From assembly GCA_016935765.1 (NCBI GenBank), contig JAFGQG010000175.1, positions 355 through 64,354 on the forward strand: 64,000 nt of DNA, in the 5' to 3' direction. Of this stretch, positions 26,901 to 37,500 are shown one piece after another (the stretch's first letter is position 1; the number at the start of each line of letters is the position of its first letter). The notes below the pieces were generated by a model. That model did no database searches. It was not told the origin of the DNA and saw nothing but the letters and a program-made list of their open reading frames with translations. This DNA comes from a bacterium. GTDB taxonomy: Bacteria > UBP14 > UBA6098 > JAFGQG01. Made by a program: the position numbers and the translations under genes.

Positions 26901-29516
26901 CCAGTAGAATGAATATTCCGTGGACGCGGTTATCTGGAAGCTTAATTTCGCCTCGCCGTTACCGGGGAGATAGAGCAGTTCCTCCCGGGTTGCCGGGTCG
27001 ATAATTTTAAAAGTCTTGGATAAATATTCGAACTGAAGTGGGTTTGGTAAAGGTGTATAGTAAGTGTAGGTTGTTCGAATCGGGGTTACCTTTTCCTTCT
27101 CCCAGATGGTTTCATAAAAGATGTTGGAGTACAGCGAGGATTCGGGAGTCGGTCGGGTCATGGTCGGCTCTTCGCCGCCGAGGTTCATCACCGCGATATA
27201 CTCTCTACGCGGATAAGGTACCCAGCCGAGGTCGGTATCGTAGGCTTCACTAAGCACGTAATCCGAGTCCACGAACGCGAAGCCTTCGTAGCTTTCGATG
27301 GATTGGAGGACAAGCCGCTTGAGAACCACTTCGCCGGTGATGGAGTCTTTTTCCATCCAGTTTTCCCAGCCATCGTAGAAGTAAATGGGATTTCCGAGGA
27401 GAGTGTCGCCGATGGTTTCGGTACCGATATAGCCGGTGCCTTCAGTGATCGCAGCGCCAACTGCCATCTGTACGAGTGGCGGGGGATCTATCCAGAGTTC
27501 CCAGGAGGTGTACGGATCGAAAAAGTTGTAACCGGGGACCGTCCCGATGTTCCAAACGGTTCGGTACGCGCGTATCTTATCGCCGGGTTCTTCAACGTCC
27601 ACAACGCCATCGGAGTCGGTATCCTCTGCGCGGAAGCCGTCCTTATCGATGTCCTCATAAAGCCCTGACCAGGGATTCAGCCAGTAGATCTCCTCGAGAA
27701 CAATGGAATCAGGGTATGGGTGAAATGTGCCGAGGTCCAGCCAGGCGTCGGGATCGCTATCATTGTCCATGTCGTAGAGGATACTGCCAAGGTCGAGAGA
27801 GCCACGTAGGAGATCAACGAATTCGCCGCCGGGTGTGCGAATTATGGGTATCGTTGCCGGAGCTACCCAGTATATTGGCACGTCAAGTGGAATGTACTGC
27901 ACATACTTTGTGTACCGGGCTTCCGTGCGCTCCTTGTTCTCCATTATCATGAAAACTTTAAAGGGCTGGAAGTATTCACCGAGAATGTTCTTCCAGTTGA
28001 GGTCGGCGTCCGCTTCGATTCGGGCGTTAAAGAGAAAAAGCGACCAGAGGCTGTTGCGGTAGGTCCACCTCTCCGTGGAGGTGGCTGGTTCAGTGAAGGT
28101 CAGTCTGCAGGAGGAAACGCGCATTTCGGTTTGATAATCGAGGTACGAATCAATGTTGTCCACACGGGCATCTCCCACAGGCGGAGTAGCAAGCTGGTAT
28201 TTAATTATCTGTTCCGAGTTGCCGCCCAGTGAAGTGATGTCGAAAGAAATGTCGTTCCCGGAAACGGTAGGGGACGGACCTTCAATCGTATTAACATAAT
28301 CGAAGTAAGCTTTTTTTGTTTCTACATGGTTGAGGTCTGCAGTTGGGGTGTTCCAGAGGTTACGCAGCCTTATGGTGACTTCGAATGTATCGCAGTCATC
28401 GACTGGGAGCGCCATTGGTGCCACGTCTGTGGATTCGATCTCCACCCCTGTGTAAATGCTTCTGACCGCTATCACCTTTTCGCTGAATGCTGAAAGTACT
28501 ACGTTTGCGAGGATCTGCCACTGGGGTTCATCGACGGGGATGAGTGTTGCAACTGCCGGCATCCCAGATGATACTATCATCCGACCTCCGTAAGCGTCGC
28601 TTCCTTCCAGCTTCCCGATAGCGGTCTTGCCGATGTCGGACGGGCTGGATGTGCCGATGAACGTGGCAATAGGGTCGAGACCAGTAAGGGTGGGTCCCAT
28701 CACGGTGTACAGGTGTGAGCAGGAGTTGGATAAGGAGATCGGGTGATCGGGGTGTGTGAATTCTATTCCGGCGAGCGCAAGGTCGGGACCGTCGATCACG
28801 TCGATGAGGTCCACGCTGCCGGAGGGCATCAGCCCGACCGCTTCGAGAAAATACGCGGCGTTACCCTCCGTGTAGATGGTGTTGCCTCTTCCCAGGAATC
28901 CCCTGAGCGCGTCACCAATGCCAGGGTACAATGCTACAATGCTGTCTATATAGGCAGAGAGTGGTGATGAATATTCGAATGCGGGGATGATGAGCAGGCG
29001 GACGTTTGAGGGGAGGGAGGAAAGCCCGGTTTCGTTCACGGTTCTAACGTAATCGCCCATATCGAGCCCGGCGATGTTTACGAAGAACTGCTGGAAGTAG
29101 AAGTATTCCCAGCTCACCGTTTGCTCGAAGGGATCATTTAGCGAGCTTTTAAAGACAGCGATGCCGGGATTGCCGGTGTAGTTTATGCAGTATGCTTTAT
29201 CGAGTGATGAGATATCGAAGCCGTCATCGTATGTGGATGTGAAGCTTCCGGTGATATCTTCCGGGTAGAGGAACGAACCGTAGGAAGCTGCGTATGTTGA
29301 TGCAGACCAGAGGATGGGGATTTCGCCATACGGGTATGCGATGGCTGGGTCGAAATCCCCCTGTTTTTGCCATGAATTTATTGATTTGTCAATCACAAAT
29401 TTATATGCTGCCTGAAGGTTGGTCTGTGAGGGATCGGTAGGGATGATCGATACCCCTGCCAGGATGGAGGTGACGAAAAATGTGATTATAAACAAACAAA
29501 GCAGGAATTTTTTCAT
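23907..29516 (-). CDS. Very large secreted protein of unknown function with CARDB and FlgD/T9SS-like CTD
   Basis: Signal peptide; several DxDxDG Ca-binding-like motifs; VDPEG..ESNESNN (CARDB); NWPNPF..WDGRDDDG..ANGTYIYKI. Confidence 0.85.
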   Translation of the reverse strand: MKKFLLCLFIITFFVTSILAGVSIIPTDPSQTNLQAAYKFVIDKSINSWQKQGDFDPAIAYPYGEIPILWSASTYAASYGSFLYPEDITGSFTSTYDDGFDISSLDKAYCINYTGNPGIAVFKSSLNDPFEQTVSWEYFYFQQFFVNIAGLDMGDYVRTVNETGLSSLPSNVRLLIIPAFEYSSPLSAYIDSIVALYPGIGDALRGFLGRGNTIYTEGNAAYFLEAVGLMPSGSVDLIDVIDGPDLALAGIEFTHPDHPISLSNSCSHLYTVMGPTLTGLDPIATFIGTSSPSDIGKTAIGKLEGSDAYGGRMIVSSGMPAVATLIPVDEPQWQILANVVLSAFSEKVIAVRSIYTGVEIESTDVAPMALPVDDCDTFEVTIRLRNLWNTPTADLNHVETKKAYFDYVNTIEGPSPTVSGNDISFDITSLGGNSEQIIKYQLATPPVGDARVDNIDSYLDYQTEMRVSSCRLTFTEPATSTERWTYRNSLWSLFLFNARIEADADLNWKNILGEYFQPFKVFMIMENKERTEARYTKYVQYIPLDVPIYWVAPATIPIIRTPGGEFVDLLRGSLDLGSILYDMDNDSDPDAWLDLGTFHPYPDSIVLEEIYWLNPWSGLYEDIDKDGFRAEDTDSDGVVDVEEPGDKIRAYRTVWNIGTVPGYNFFDPYTSWELWIDPPPLVQMAVGAAITEGTGYIGTETIGDTLLGNPIYFYDGWENWMEKDSITGEVVLKRLVLQSIESYEGFAFVDSDYVLSEAYDTDLGWVPYPRREYIAVMNLGGEEPTMTRPTPESSLYSNIFYETIWEKEKVTPIRTTYTYYTPLPNPLQFEYLSKTFKIIDPATREELLYLPGNGEAKLSFQITASTEYSFYWIANVGKDFGTYGYVDGEWRQLSTTRDGIGDGVFGYIIENIPKGLGGYEVTLPTLGDSAYDIATICPDFSPFVFDDTTVGTGIEIWERPFYYSVYIPQILIPPAFDDDNFDGVDDWLDDIGDRFVNTTGYIHDLWPPRNGEYAESLYAIDPWELVEIEGDLSVAHEGWCPGGDGTYGDDLPEKLGEVKFTINTQFTGRGREGLLKINDGAWLVNEEIFGGSPWVQFSHAQSAYSIANNVRLYRKPDPTIVSLFPDTVMMKYLVYDWGSYYGGRWTEPHEFDVMFDPWVQSFGYDDVVISSYVGGREPLSLFEPDIVTGARIDPAFDIATVTILPWAAGDSVLEAAGYPRTENGAFLQVVIEVDNASNKHWYNTTIRPDLSGLGSTHTVLWYSCYPRPLVPAHVDPATGEVIYEGDDPRTFHAGWRFNPSAEEVWLRIGDADGSAMIPEIQASRRGYFVFHFLVDPTLEEEKVYDINFTISGEEREYFESSATPFGPFAVPDCKFAIVDRDGSGIIEDDPRFVIGQAQLTQFRTKLRSYIEIGSPSTEVRWSDSEPTFANFETLPSVSAMVDPSNWLTINSLPYSGAFPFNEDHTSFWIGAKGQITLDAGGDDIPLDSATAVDYLNFQGSPKTTTTSPMYIAARGPKFWLDKFISEVNGEAVEERGHYILDEGENRITAILQLKNRGNDIGFDPELSVVIGQEVVLDSVNSEYAISPLIGDTLLNITAINPVPPGEVRNIPLHLSVAKVEGIDVIDLLYAYVARYAYYRVVAGDTTFRIGEAFHSDTLRYSLDLSIYSDDISLSNSNPAQGEEIDINATVHHFGQAPAKDVLVRFYENDLQIGDDQVIEELNEVDSVSTVSVPFTITSYYHRINVLVDPEGIFGESNESNNTAQYDIIGKGGDPIQDVVNWPNPFEDRTEFVYFLTVPVTDVTIKIYTESGRFIKQIKHASGNIGFNYEPWDGRDDDGDHIANGTYIYKIIVKSSGKTHEVQERAVKMK

Positions 29517-29653
29517 AATATATCCTTCTGTTAATTTTGAATTTCTAACTATATAAACAAAATAGGAGGGCTATTCGGGAATTGCAATTAATTTCTTTAT
29601 GAAAATTCAATTAATTCTATAGATTATATTTTTATTAACATAAGACCTAATAA

Positions 29654-29682
29654 TTGACAGCAGGATGAGGAATAATTATATT
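29654..29682 (+). promoter_or_regulatory. Sigma70 promoter for the glycosyltransferase
   Basis: TTGACA-N17-TATATT. Confidence 0.6.
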
Positions 29683-29763
29683 TGCATTGAATTGCATTTA
29701 ATTAAAGTCTTTTAATTTTAAAAGGATATCGATACCTTTAAAAAGTATTTACAGTATTTTCAA

Positions 29764-31008
29764 ATGACAAAAATTAAGAAAATTGGCTTAATGTGTCCTC
29801 CTATGCAGGGGCATATTTTCCCCATGACTGCAATCGCAGATCACCTGCTGAAGGAGGATTACGAAGTTGTATTCATTGTCACGGAATACGCAACAAGGTA
29901 TTTAAAGAAATATCCGCACATTGTGATTGGGGAAAGGGAATTCCCATATAATAAGGTGGCGAAAATTGCGAACCTCCTTTCCAGGCGGCGTGGAATACGC
30001 ATGGGCAGAACCTGGCAGAGAAGATTCACTCGAAAATGGAACGATGTTGTCTGCGGATACCTGCCAGATCTGCTTAAAAGAGAGAATGTAGATCTTGTTT
30101 TGTGCGACCAACTCGAACCGGCGGTTGGATTGGTGTGTGACTATCTGGGCATTACTTTCATAACCATTTGCAACTCGATGGTAGTGGTCATGGATGAAAA
30201 GCTCCCGCCTTTTTTCATGGATTGGGATTACGATGATTCAGAACGACAGCTTAAAATCAACAGAGGATTCTATAAGATCACCAGATGGATTTTATTAAGG
30301 GATAGCCGAAAGCTGAGGAAATGGGAAAAGTTATGGGGTATCGAACAACTCTCGGGAAACGGACTTTTTTTCGCGACCTCTAAATTAGCTACGTTCTGTC
30401 AGCAGGTGCCTTCACTTGAGTTTCCGCTGGTTGATACGAACAAGTCGTGGGGATACTGCGGACCGTTTCGATCGAAATCCCCGTACGAGGTTCCTGAACT
30501 TCCAGTCTCGAATAAGCCGTACGTTTATATTACATTAGGATCGTTGCAGGGAAGCCGGTTTGCCCTTTTGAAGAAGTGCGCGGAAATCTCGGTAGAACTC
30601 GGTTCAACACCGGTTATTGCCCATGGGAATAAATTGGGTGAAGAACAGGTGAGGGCATTGGAGAATTATGGGTTCGTTAAGGATTACGTCGCGCAGCCCC
30701 GGATTTTTCAAACGTGTGAATATGCCATTTGTAATTGCGGGTTGAACACGGTTCTGGATGCTCTCTCCTATGGCAGACCGATACTCGGGCTTCCGTTGGG
30801 GATAGAGCAATCAGCGATAGCAACAAAGGCAGCAAGAATAAACTGTGGAATAACGGTGAAGAAAAAAACCGCAAATAATATTCGTGGAGCCTTAAAAGAG
30901 TTGATGAAAAATCCATTGTATAAAGAGTCCGCCCAGAAAGTGAGAGATGAAATTTCTAAGAGAAACGGTGCGAAAGAGGTCGTGGATTTTATTAAGGGAT
31001 TAGGATGA
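29764..31008 (+). CDS. GT1 (MGT/UGT) glycosyltransferase, CrtX-like
   Basis: PP..GH..PM, DQLEPA.GLV, YITLGSLQG, YVAQ..I...CGLNTVLDAL..G.P. Confidence 0.85.
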   Translation: MTKIKKIGLMCPPMQGHIFPMTAIADHLLKEDYEVVFIVTEYATRYLKKYPHIVIGEREFPYNKVAKIANLLSRRRGIRMGRTWQRRFTRKWNDVVCGYLPDLLKRENVDLVLCDQLEPAVGLVCDYLGITFITICNSMVVVMDEKLPPFFMDWDYDDSERQLKINRGFYKITRWILLRDSRKLRKWEKLWGIEQLSGNGLFFATSKLATFCQQVPSLEFPLVDTNKSWGYCGPFRSKSPYEVPELPVSNKPYVYITLGSLQGSRFALLKKCAEISVELGSTPVIAHGNKLGEEQVRALENYGFVKDYVAQPRIFQTCEYAICNCGLNTVLDALSYGRPILGLPLGIEQSAIATKAARINCGITVKKKTANNIRGALKELMKNPLYKESAQKVRDEISKRNGAKEVVDFIKGLG

Positions 31009-31343
31009 CATCAGGTGCTTGGTAAGTTCGAAGGGAATAAACAAAAGCACTCTCCACCCAAACTCAACCATTGTCATTCAGAACTTGACATTGGGATTTA
31101 TCTGAAGAAGATTATAGAATCCTTTAACAGGAATTTACTTTATTCCCCTAACCTTGTGAAGAACCTTATTCAAACATCAGCAATTGATACGCAAGAATCA
31201 ACTTTGGAATAAGATCCCACGCGAAAATAAACACAAAAGTCCGATATACACTAAAGCACGATGATAGTGTTTTATCAATTGGTTTAATATTGTCGCTCTG
31301 GATGACATCGGAGTTCACTGGTGATTCGAAGGGAATGAACAAG
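31003..31343. repeat. Palindromic MITE-like element with a directly repeated right flank
   Basis: IR TGTCATTCAGAAC (31072) / GCTCTGGATGACA (31295); ggatgacatc..ttcgaagggaat.aacaa at 31003 and 31300. Confidence 0.55.
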
Positions 31344-31385
31344 CTAGTTTAATGTACTCCCAAGCAATTCCTACTATGGTTGGAA

Positions 31386-33347
31386 TCACTTCAGGTATAT
31401 CACTTTTTTTGATATGGCTTCCTGGTTAACCTTTGCTCGGATGAGGTAGACACCGGAGGGGATTGAGGGTAAAGGTTGCCAGGTAAAAGAAAGTAGATGA
31501 GTTGAAGCGTTTACGGGTTGATGCGTCCAGTTCCCTTCACCCCTGTATGGATAGGCATCCCTGCCTGTCATCGAAACATCTTCAATAGTAGAAACCAATC
31601 TTCCATTTATATTATAAATTTCTATTTGTGGAGACGTTGCTTTATAATGTGGGAGCGTCACATGTAACGCTCTTACTTCAGCAATTCTAATGTGTACAAT
31701 TGCGTTGAATGGATTAGGATAACATGTAATCTCTAATTTGTCAGGTATTATAGAATTTTTATTTTCCACCTCCAACCCACTAGTCCTTACGAACATAACC
31801 GCGTCCGCAATTACAACTTTTGATTCCTCTGCGCCAACATCAGTAATTACAACAAAGTTGTCTGCCCCTTCAGTGAGCAAATATGTTCCAAGCAGGTTCC
31901 ATATGCTGCCATTTACGGTTTGATCGATTGTGAATATATCCTGCGTGTCCGGGGAAGATACGATGTATTTGGCGTTCACCGCCCGGTTCGATCCTTCCAC
32001 GTACCAGGTGTAAATCTCCCAGTAATCGGTGACCGGGATGTTCGGTCTGAAAAACGCAGAGTCGCCCTGGAAAGTTGTGGAGGTGTAGTAGTAGTCGCCA
32101 TCCCAGCCTCCGTACTCAGTGCTGTGGTTCCAGCTTCCCGTGATGGAGAAACCGGGCTCTTCGTCCTCGATGATCAATGTCTCCGCGGTATCTGTGCTGG
32201 CAGTCGCGAAGTAAGATTCTATCTGGTCCCAGATCTCGGTGTTTCCATCGTCGTACCCCAGCGCCCAGAACCCAACGCCGAGTAAGTTCTCGTCAAGTAT
32301 GAACTGGTACTTGGGTCCAAGGGACATGGTGTCATCGTACCATACCTGGTGGTAAGAACCGTAAAGGTACCATGGCGCGGGGGCGTTCCAGTCGAAGTAA
32401 TGACCGTAGGTGAACGTGTCTGCGATGGCTTCATAGTAGAATATAGCGTCGCCGCTGCCGGTGGTGGAAGCTCCCCTGGATGTCCCGGAGCAGAGCCAAT
32501 CGAAGCCATAGAGCGGCAGTCCCAGGATCAGCTTCTCCCTGACTCCTGAACCTAATGATGTATAATGGTCGAGGGTATATGAAATGTCGTATGTTTCACC
32601 GGGATCATCGAGAGGGGCTACCGGTCCCGTGGTTGGCGCGGCAGACCAGTGGTAATCGTATCCCATGATGAAGAAGATATCGCAGCATGGAGCGAGGTCA
32701 TCCAGGAGAAAAGTCCCGCGCCAGTCAACTGCCGGGACATCGATAGATAGTTTAGCCCCTGGTATCCTGGCTTGCAGGCTCTCGGATAATTCACACATAA
32801 AATTCATAAGTGGGGTCGCGTCTCCCAAAGCCGGAAGCTCGAAATCAATATTAATTCCGTCAGCGTTTCCTGCTTCAACCTGGTTGATTAAATTGGTGAT
32901 CAGGTTTCTCCTGGCAGTTGGAGTGTTCAGCAGGTAGTGCACCTGTGAGCCGTCCCAGTCGAAGAAGCAGCAGACGAGATCGACTTCAACACCGTTGGCG
33001 TGCGCATCATTTATCAAATCCCAAACAGGCCAACCGTGAAGTGTGGTCAAGCTGCCTGATGAGTCTGCATCAACTCCGAAATATGCAATCGTAGAGACCA
33101 AATCCCATCTTGGAGGTGTATAACCCCAGCTATGCACCCAATATGGAATGAAACCGTAAACCTGGCGTTCAAGGGCAGCTTCGGCGCGATAAGGGTGAAA
33201 CTTATAATCCCTTTTTGTTATTTCTTTTCTCAGGTAATCGTAATATTGTATATATTGAATGCTATATCGTTCGGTTTGAGAGTAGTTGGTCGAATAAGTG
33301 CCAAATGCAAACAGCGCGATAAGGGTTATCCCGATTTTGTTTATCAT
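31386..33347 (-). CDS. GH18 glycoside hydrolase with golvesin/Xly-like CBM and CTD
   Basis: ADGINIDFE catalytic motif, IMGYDYH, GVGFWALGYD; NRAVNAKY..IDQ..NG..W..LG..VIADA; YPNPFN tail. Confidence 0.88.
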   Translation of the reverse strand: MINKIGITLIALFAFGTYSTNYSQTERYSIQYIQYYDYLRKEITKRDYKFHPYRAEAALERQVYGFIPYWVHSWGYTPPRWDLVSTIAYFGVDADSSGSLTTLHGWPVWDLINDAHANGVEVDLVCCFFDWDGSQVHYLLNTPTARRNLITNLINQVEAGNADGINIDFELPALGDATPLMNFMCELSESLQARIPGAKLSIDVPAVDWRGTFLLDDLAPCCDIFFIMGYDYHWSAAPTTGPVAPLDDPGETYDISYTLDHYTSLGSGVREKLILGLPLYGFDWLCSGTSRGASTTGSGDAIFYYEAIADTFTYGHYFDWNAPAPWYLYGSYHQVWYDDTMSLGPKYQFILDENLLGVGFWALGYDDGNTEIWDQIESYFATASTDTAETLIIEDEEPGFSITGSWNHSTEYGGWDGDYYYTSTTFQGDSAFFRPNIPVTDYWEIYTWYVEGSNRAVNAKYIVSSPDTQDIFTIDQTVNGSIWNLLGTYLLTEGADNFVVITDVGAEESKVVIADAVMFVRTSGLEVENKNSIIPDKLEITCYPNPFNAIVHIRIAEVRALHVTLPHYKATSPQIEIYNINGRLVSTIEDVSMTGRDAYPYRGEGNWTHQPVNASTHLLSFTWQPLPSIPSGVYLIRAKVNQEAISKKVIYLK

Positions 33348-33381
33348 GAATTTATAGTTCTGTCAATTGTTTATAGGGGTA

Positions 33382-34218
33382 TCAGAAAGAGAACAATATT
33401 CCAAAAACCGGCGTATAGATGTTCCGGTATCCTATCACTTTATAAATAGTTGCGGAAACAGCGGCTTCTATGACGAGATTCTTTGTGTTCACATACTGGA
33501 TACCAAGGCAAGCCTGGTGAAAATTCTCCTTTTTAAAATCCACTCCATCTATGAAGTAGCCATCCAGTTCCCCCATTATATTCGCGAACGGTTTTTTATT
33601 CCTCAGAATGGGAATTTGAAGCGCGAAGTTGTAGAAGTATTGTTCCCCTATGGAATTCCCTTCGTAATCGTCGGTGTTCAGCCAGAGACCGACAGTTGAG
33701 TAGTTTATAGCGCCGTAGAAATCGCTCATCGAATAAATACTGAATACCACATCGTAGGAACCGTCGCCGAGAGGGGGGAAATGATCATAGTCACCGGTGG
33801 GTAACCTGGCGCCTGCCCAGAGAACTACACCAACGGATTCTTCGTCCTCGGTTCGAAGCGGCTGGTATAGAATAGAGAAAATCGCGTCTCCTATCCCTTT
33901 ATTTTCCTCGTCGCCCAATTTCGCATAAATTAATGGTAAAGTCAATTTCAGAGTGACTTCCCGAGCGGCTCCCCAATAGATTTCCGATAATATCTTCCCT
34001 GAAGTATATCCGGAATCCTGGGGGAAATCGACCCATTTCTCGTTCCACCAGTATTGGTCATAAGGAAAATAATAAACATGGTTTTCAATCATGAATTCAC
34101 CTTTAGCCAGCAAGCTTGTGGCTGAACCAAATATTGGTGAACAAAAAAGAATTGTAGGCGTGAAAACCAAACAGATAAGAATTATAAGATTAGCTATGGA
34201 AAGAAACTTCAAGGTCAT
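33382..34218 (-). CDS. Outer-membrane barrel, SphA/MetA-pathway 'transporter'-like
   Basis: GIGD, RLPTGD..LGDGSYD; C-terminal F. Confidence 0.65.
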   Translation of the reverse strand: MTLKFLSIANLIILICLVFTPTILFCSPIFGSATSLLAKGEFMIENHVYYFPYDQYWWNEKWVDFPQDSGYTSGKILSEIYWGAAREVTLKLTLPLIYAKLGDEENKGIGDAIFSILYQPLRTEDEESVGVVLWAGARLPTGDYDHFPPLGDGSYDVVFSIYSMSDFYGAINYSTVGLWLNTDDYEGNSIGEQYFYNFALQIPILRNKKPFANIMGELDGYFIDGVDFKKENFHQACLGIQYVNTKNLVIEAAVSATIYKVIGYRNIYTPVFGILFSF

Positions 34219-34457
34219 TCTTCTTTTTTAAGTCTTGCTTTAAGATCCTCCAGTTCTTTGGTAACCTGGTCCAATTTTATCTGGTATTTCTCTAACAAGC
34301 CTTCTTTGGTTTTGGTTCTAATTCTGTAAAACATACCAAGGGCTATCAGCATAGAAACTAAGGTATTCCAATAATATAATTCGTTTGGGAATTGCCAGAG
34401 GATTCCGAGTAAAAGGATATAGTTAATAATCACCAGAACTAAAGCCCAAATTATCAT
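34215..34457 (-). CDS. Small two-TM membrane protein with a coiled-coil tail
   Basis: GGAGG RBS; 4-nt overlap with the next gene. Confidence 0.7.
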   Translation of the reverse strand: MIIWALVLVIINYILLLGILWQFPNELYYWNTLVSMLIALGMFYRIRTKTKEGLLEKYQIKLDQVTKELEDLKARLKKEE

Positions 34458-34594
34458 ATTTTAATCCTCCTCAACTATCTTAAATTTAACTTATTCATAA
34501 TAATAAATAAAATATGATAATAGTAATAACAGCGCAACAAGTTTTTGGGAATAATCCCGATAATTCAGAAAAAAACCATTAAAAAGGTTCAAAG

Positions 34595-37500
34595 TTATTT
34601 CAATATGAGCACTTTTCTGAACTTTTTAAACTTTTGAGTTTCAAAGCGATAGAAGTAAATACCGCTGGGTATTTCTTTGCCGTTCTGGTCGATACCATCC
34701 CACAAAGTTTTATGTTTTCCTGGTGTCACAACATCATCTAGTAATGTTACAATTTTCTTACCAAGAATATTATAGATTTCCATTTTAACAGGAGTTTTTT
34801 CAGGAATTGAATATTCTATATAAGTACTTATATTGGACGGATTCGGGTATGGGATTCCTAAAGAATAGGTGAGTGGTTTTTCGGCAGGCTCATCAATTCC
34901 CGCATCTATGACGGTAAGAGTAACTGGAACGTAGACCAGCGGTGCATCCCAGTCGTTTGTAACAATTTTTAGCCATGTTTGATAATCTGCAGGAGGGAGG
35001 GAGCCGGAATTCAGGCTAAGGGTGATATCCTGTGGGGATGTAGTATAAACAACACCTTGAACAGGGCTTTCGGTTATCCAGGCAGCTTCTATAGCGGAAT
35101 AGAAAATAGAGCCGTCATCGGGGAGTATATCTTCAGGGTATGGCATCGACATTAGGTCTCTGACCGTGAATACAGCTATCGTGAATGCTTCGGGGTTATC
35201 GATCACGGAGAATGTGATACCGCACCCGACAGAGTCGCCATCTTCAGGGAAGAAGTACCAGTGCGGTTCTCCAGTCGGCATCCATCCGTAGGGACTTTCG
35301 GGCGCGTATTCCAGCACCTGCCCTTCCCAGCCCATAGGTAACGCCCCTATCGCTACCATGAATTCAATACCCATCCCCGGTATAGAGCCGTCCCCGGTAG
35401 ATGGATCGCAATCGGTATCAAGAGCGAAAGCGAGTACGAAGTCGGAGGTCGGATCCCCCATTGGATTATGCGCGGTGACCAGGAAGTACAGGAAGTTTGA
35501 TGCGTGTTGAGCATAAAGAGCGGCAAGGTTCAATTCAACGCCCTCTTCGTCAGGGTCGGTTGCAAGAAGCCGCCATTCTCCGCCAGGCGGGATCATTGGC
35601 GAGGCGAGATCGGTCTCATGGCTGATCTTTCTGAAGGGAGATTCTTCGGGAGGAGTTACCTCCTCGAAGATGTTATATTCAAGGTAGCCGGAACCCAGGT
35701 TGCTGATTGTCAGGAAGGTATCGAGTTCGGTTCGCTGCGGCATAGTGATATGGAATGAATCGGGAGTTACCCCGATATCGGCATTGAAAGCCATAGCCAT
35801 AGTCTCGTTTGAAGGTTTACTTTCCCCTTCAGTGTAAACAGATTTCACAATATAGTAGTATTCTACCTCGTTCACAGCGGTTAAATCGATATATGAGGTA
35901 TCGGTAATAGCTGTCAGGTTTATAGGTGCGTCTCCATACTCACCTGGAACAGTTGTGCGATACACGTTATAACCGGTGAAGGATTCGGGGGCAAGGCTTC
36001 TGTACCTGGCTGTGGCGAGGCTTGGAGCTTTCCAATTTATCATGATTCGGGAGTCGTATCCACTGGTAGCTCTCACGCTGGTTGGCGGCAGCAGAATTTG
36101 TTTTTCAAGGACACCGACGTCATCGATATACCAACCTGGTCGTGTCGAATATTCATCGGACATGAAATGAAATTTGAATTTTACCGTTGAACCGACGTAT
36201 GGAAGCAGGTCAACCTGTACCCTTTCCCAATTCGTGATGAATCCTGAGAAGCCTTCCTCATCGAGAGCGCGGATCCTGAACATTGGGTATCCTTGAATTG
36301 GATATATCAAGTTCCAGGTATATCCATCATCGGTTGATATTTTGACGTTTCCGCCGTCGAACGTAGTTTCGGTTTGGTAGAAGTGGTAGAATTCCAGGGT
36401 AGCGCAGGAGAAGTCAGACAGGTCTAATGGAGGGGTAACCAATTCAGAATTGCTGTTATCTGAGTGGTTGCCGCCGATATTTGTTCCCCAGCATTTTTCA
36501 CCAGAGAACGCGGTTTCAGGACCGGTTTCGGTAGGGGTTCCCCACTGCCAATCGTCAGTGGAAATGAAATCGCTTTCACCCTCCTCGAAGTCAAAGAAAA
36601 TGCTTTTCACCACCTTGAACTTATGAAAACCTTCTTCGGGAAAGGTTGTTACATTGTGTGCCAGCGCGGCGTCGACAGCGAGCAACTTATACTTAAAACT
36701 GTCCCCGACAGCTACAGTTGGAGTTTCCATGTAGGCGTGGTATCCGTCCAGCGTGTCCCCCTCCATTTCCAGGGTATCTAGAGGATCGTCATTGTGCTGA
36801 TAGATAAGGATTAAATTATCGATACCGAGGTTGTCCTTTGCTTTTGCCTTGACAAAGTAAGGATGTAATTCCAGTGCCTGGTCTTCCAAGGGGGAATGTT
36901 CCATGTAAGGGTGAATTGTGTCCTGACCGACATAGAAAGAGAATGCCATATCAGGGGCTTCCTCGGGTAATCGAGCGTAATTGCCGAATGTGTCCATCGC
37001 GAAAATGTAATAATATACTGTGGTACCCTCTGATTGCGGGGGTATTTCCCCTGTATAATCATAAAAATCCCCTGTAGAAGTGAGTGGAGTTGAAGAAAAC
37101 AATCCCCCAATGGAGTAATATATGAGAGTCGAATCTTCTTCCAGGGGTATTGTAGATACGATCTTTGCGGAGATGGGGTACGGGCTTTCAGTGTCTTCGG
37201 TATCCGGTCTTCCTTCGTGTGATATCTCCACCCTGAATTCACCAATTCCGTGCGCCTGGAATGCGTCGTATATTTCCCAGAAATGCGGAGAACCGTTAGC
37301 AAGGTTGCCATCATCGTCATCGACGACCAGCACTTCGATTAGAAAATCCTCGAAGTTCTCTGCCCAGCCGTACCTTGCGAAGTGTACCAGTGAGTCAGTA
37401 TAATTGCGTCCGAACAATTCTCTCATGTCCCAGAAAGCCCCGCTTATGATAGCCCCGTCGGCATGGACTTCTCCAACCCAGTTATCCGGGTATCTTAAAA

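Noticed and set aside
23940-28967. Many + strand ORFs inside the 1869-aa gene, and similar shadow ORFs elsewhere
   Set aside because: They are antisense shadows of GC-richer coding DNA with no recognisable motifs.
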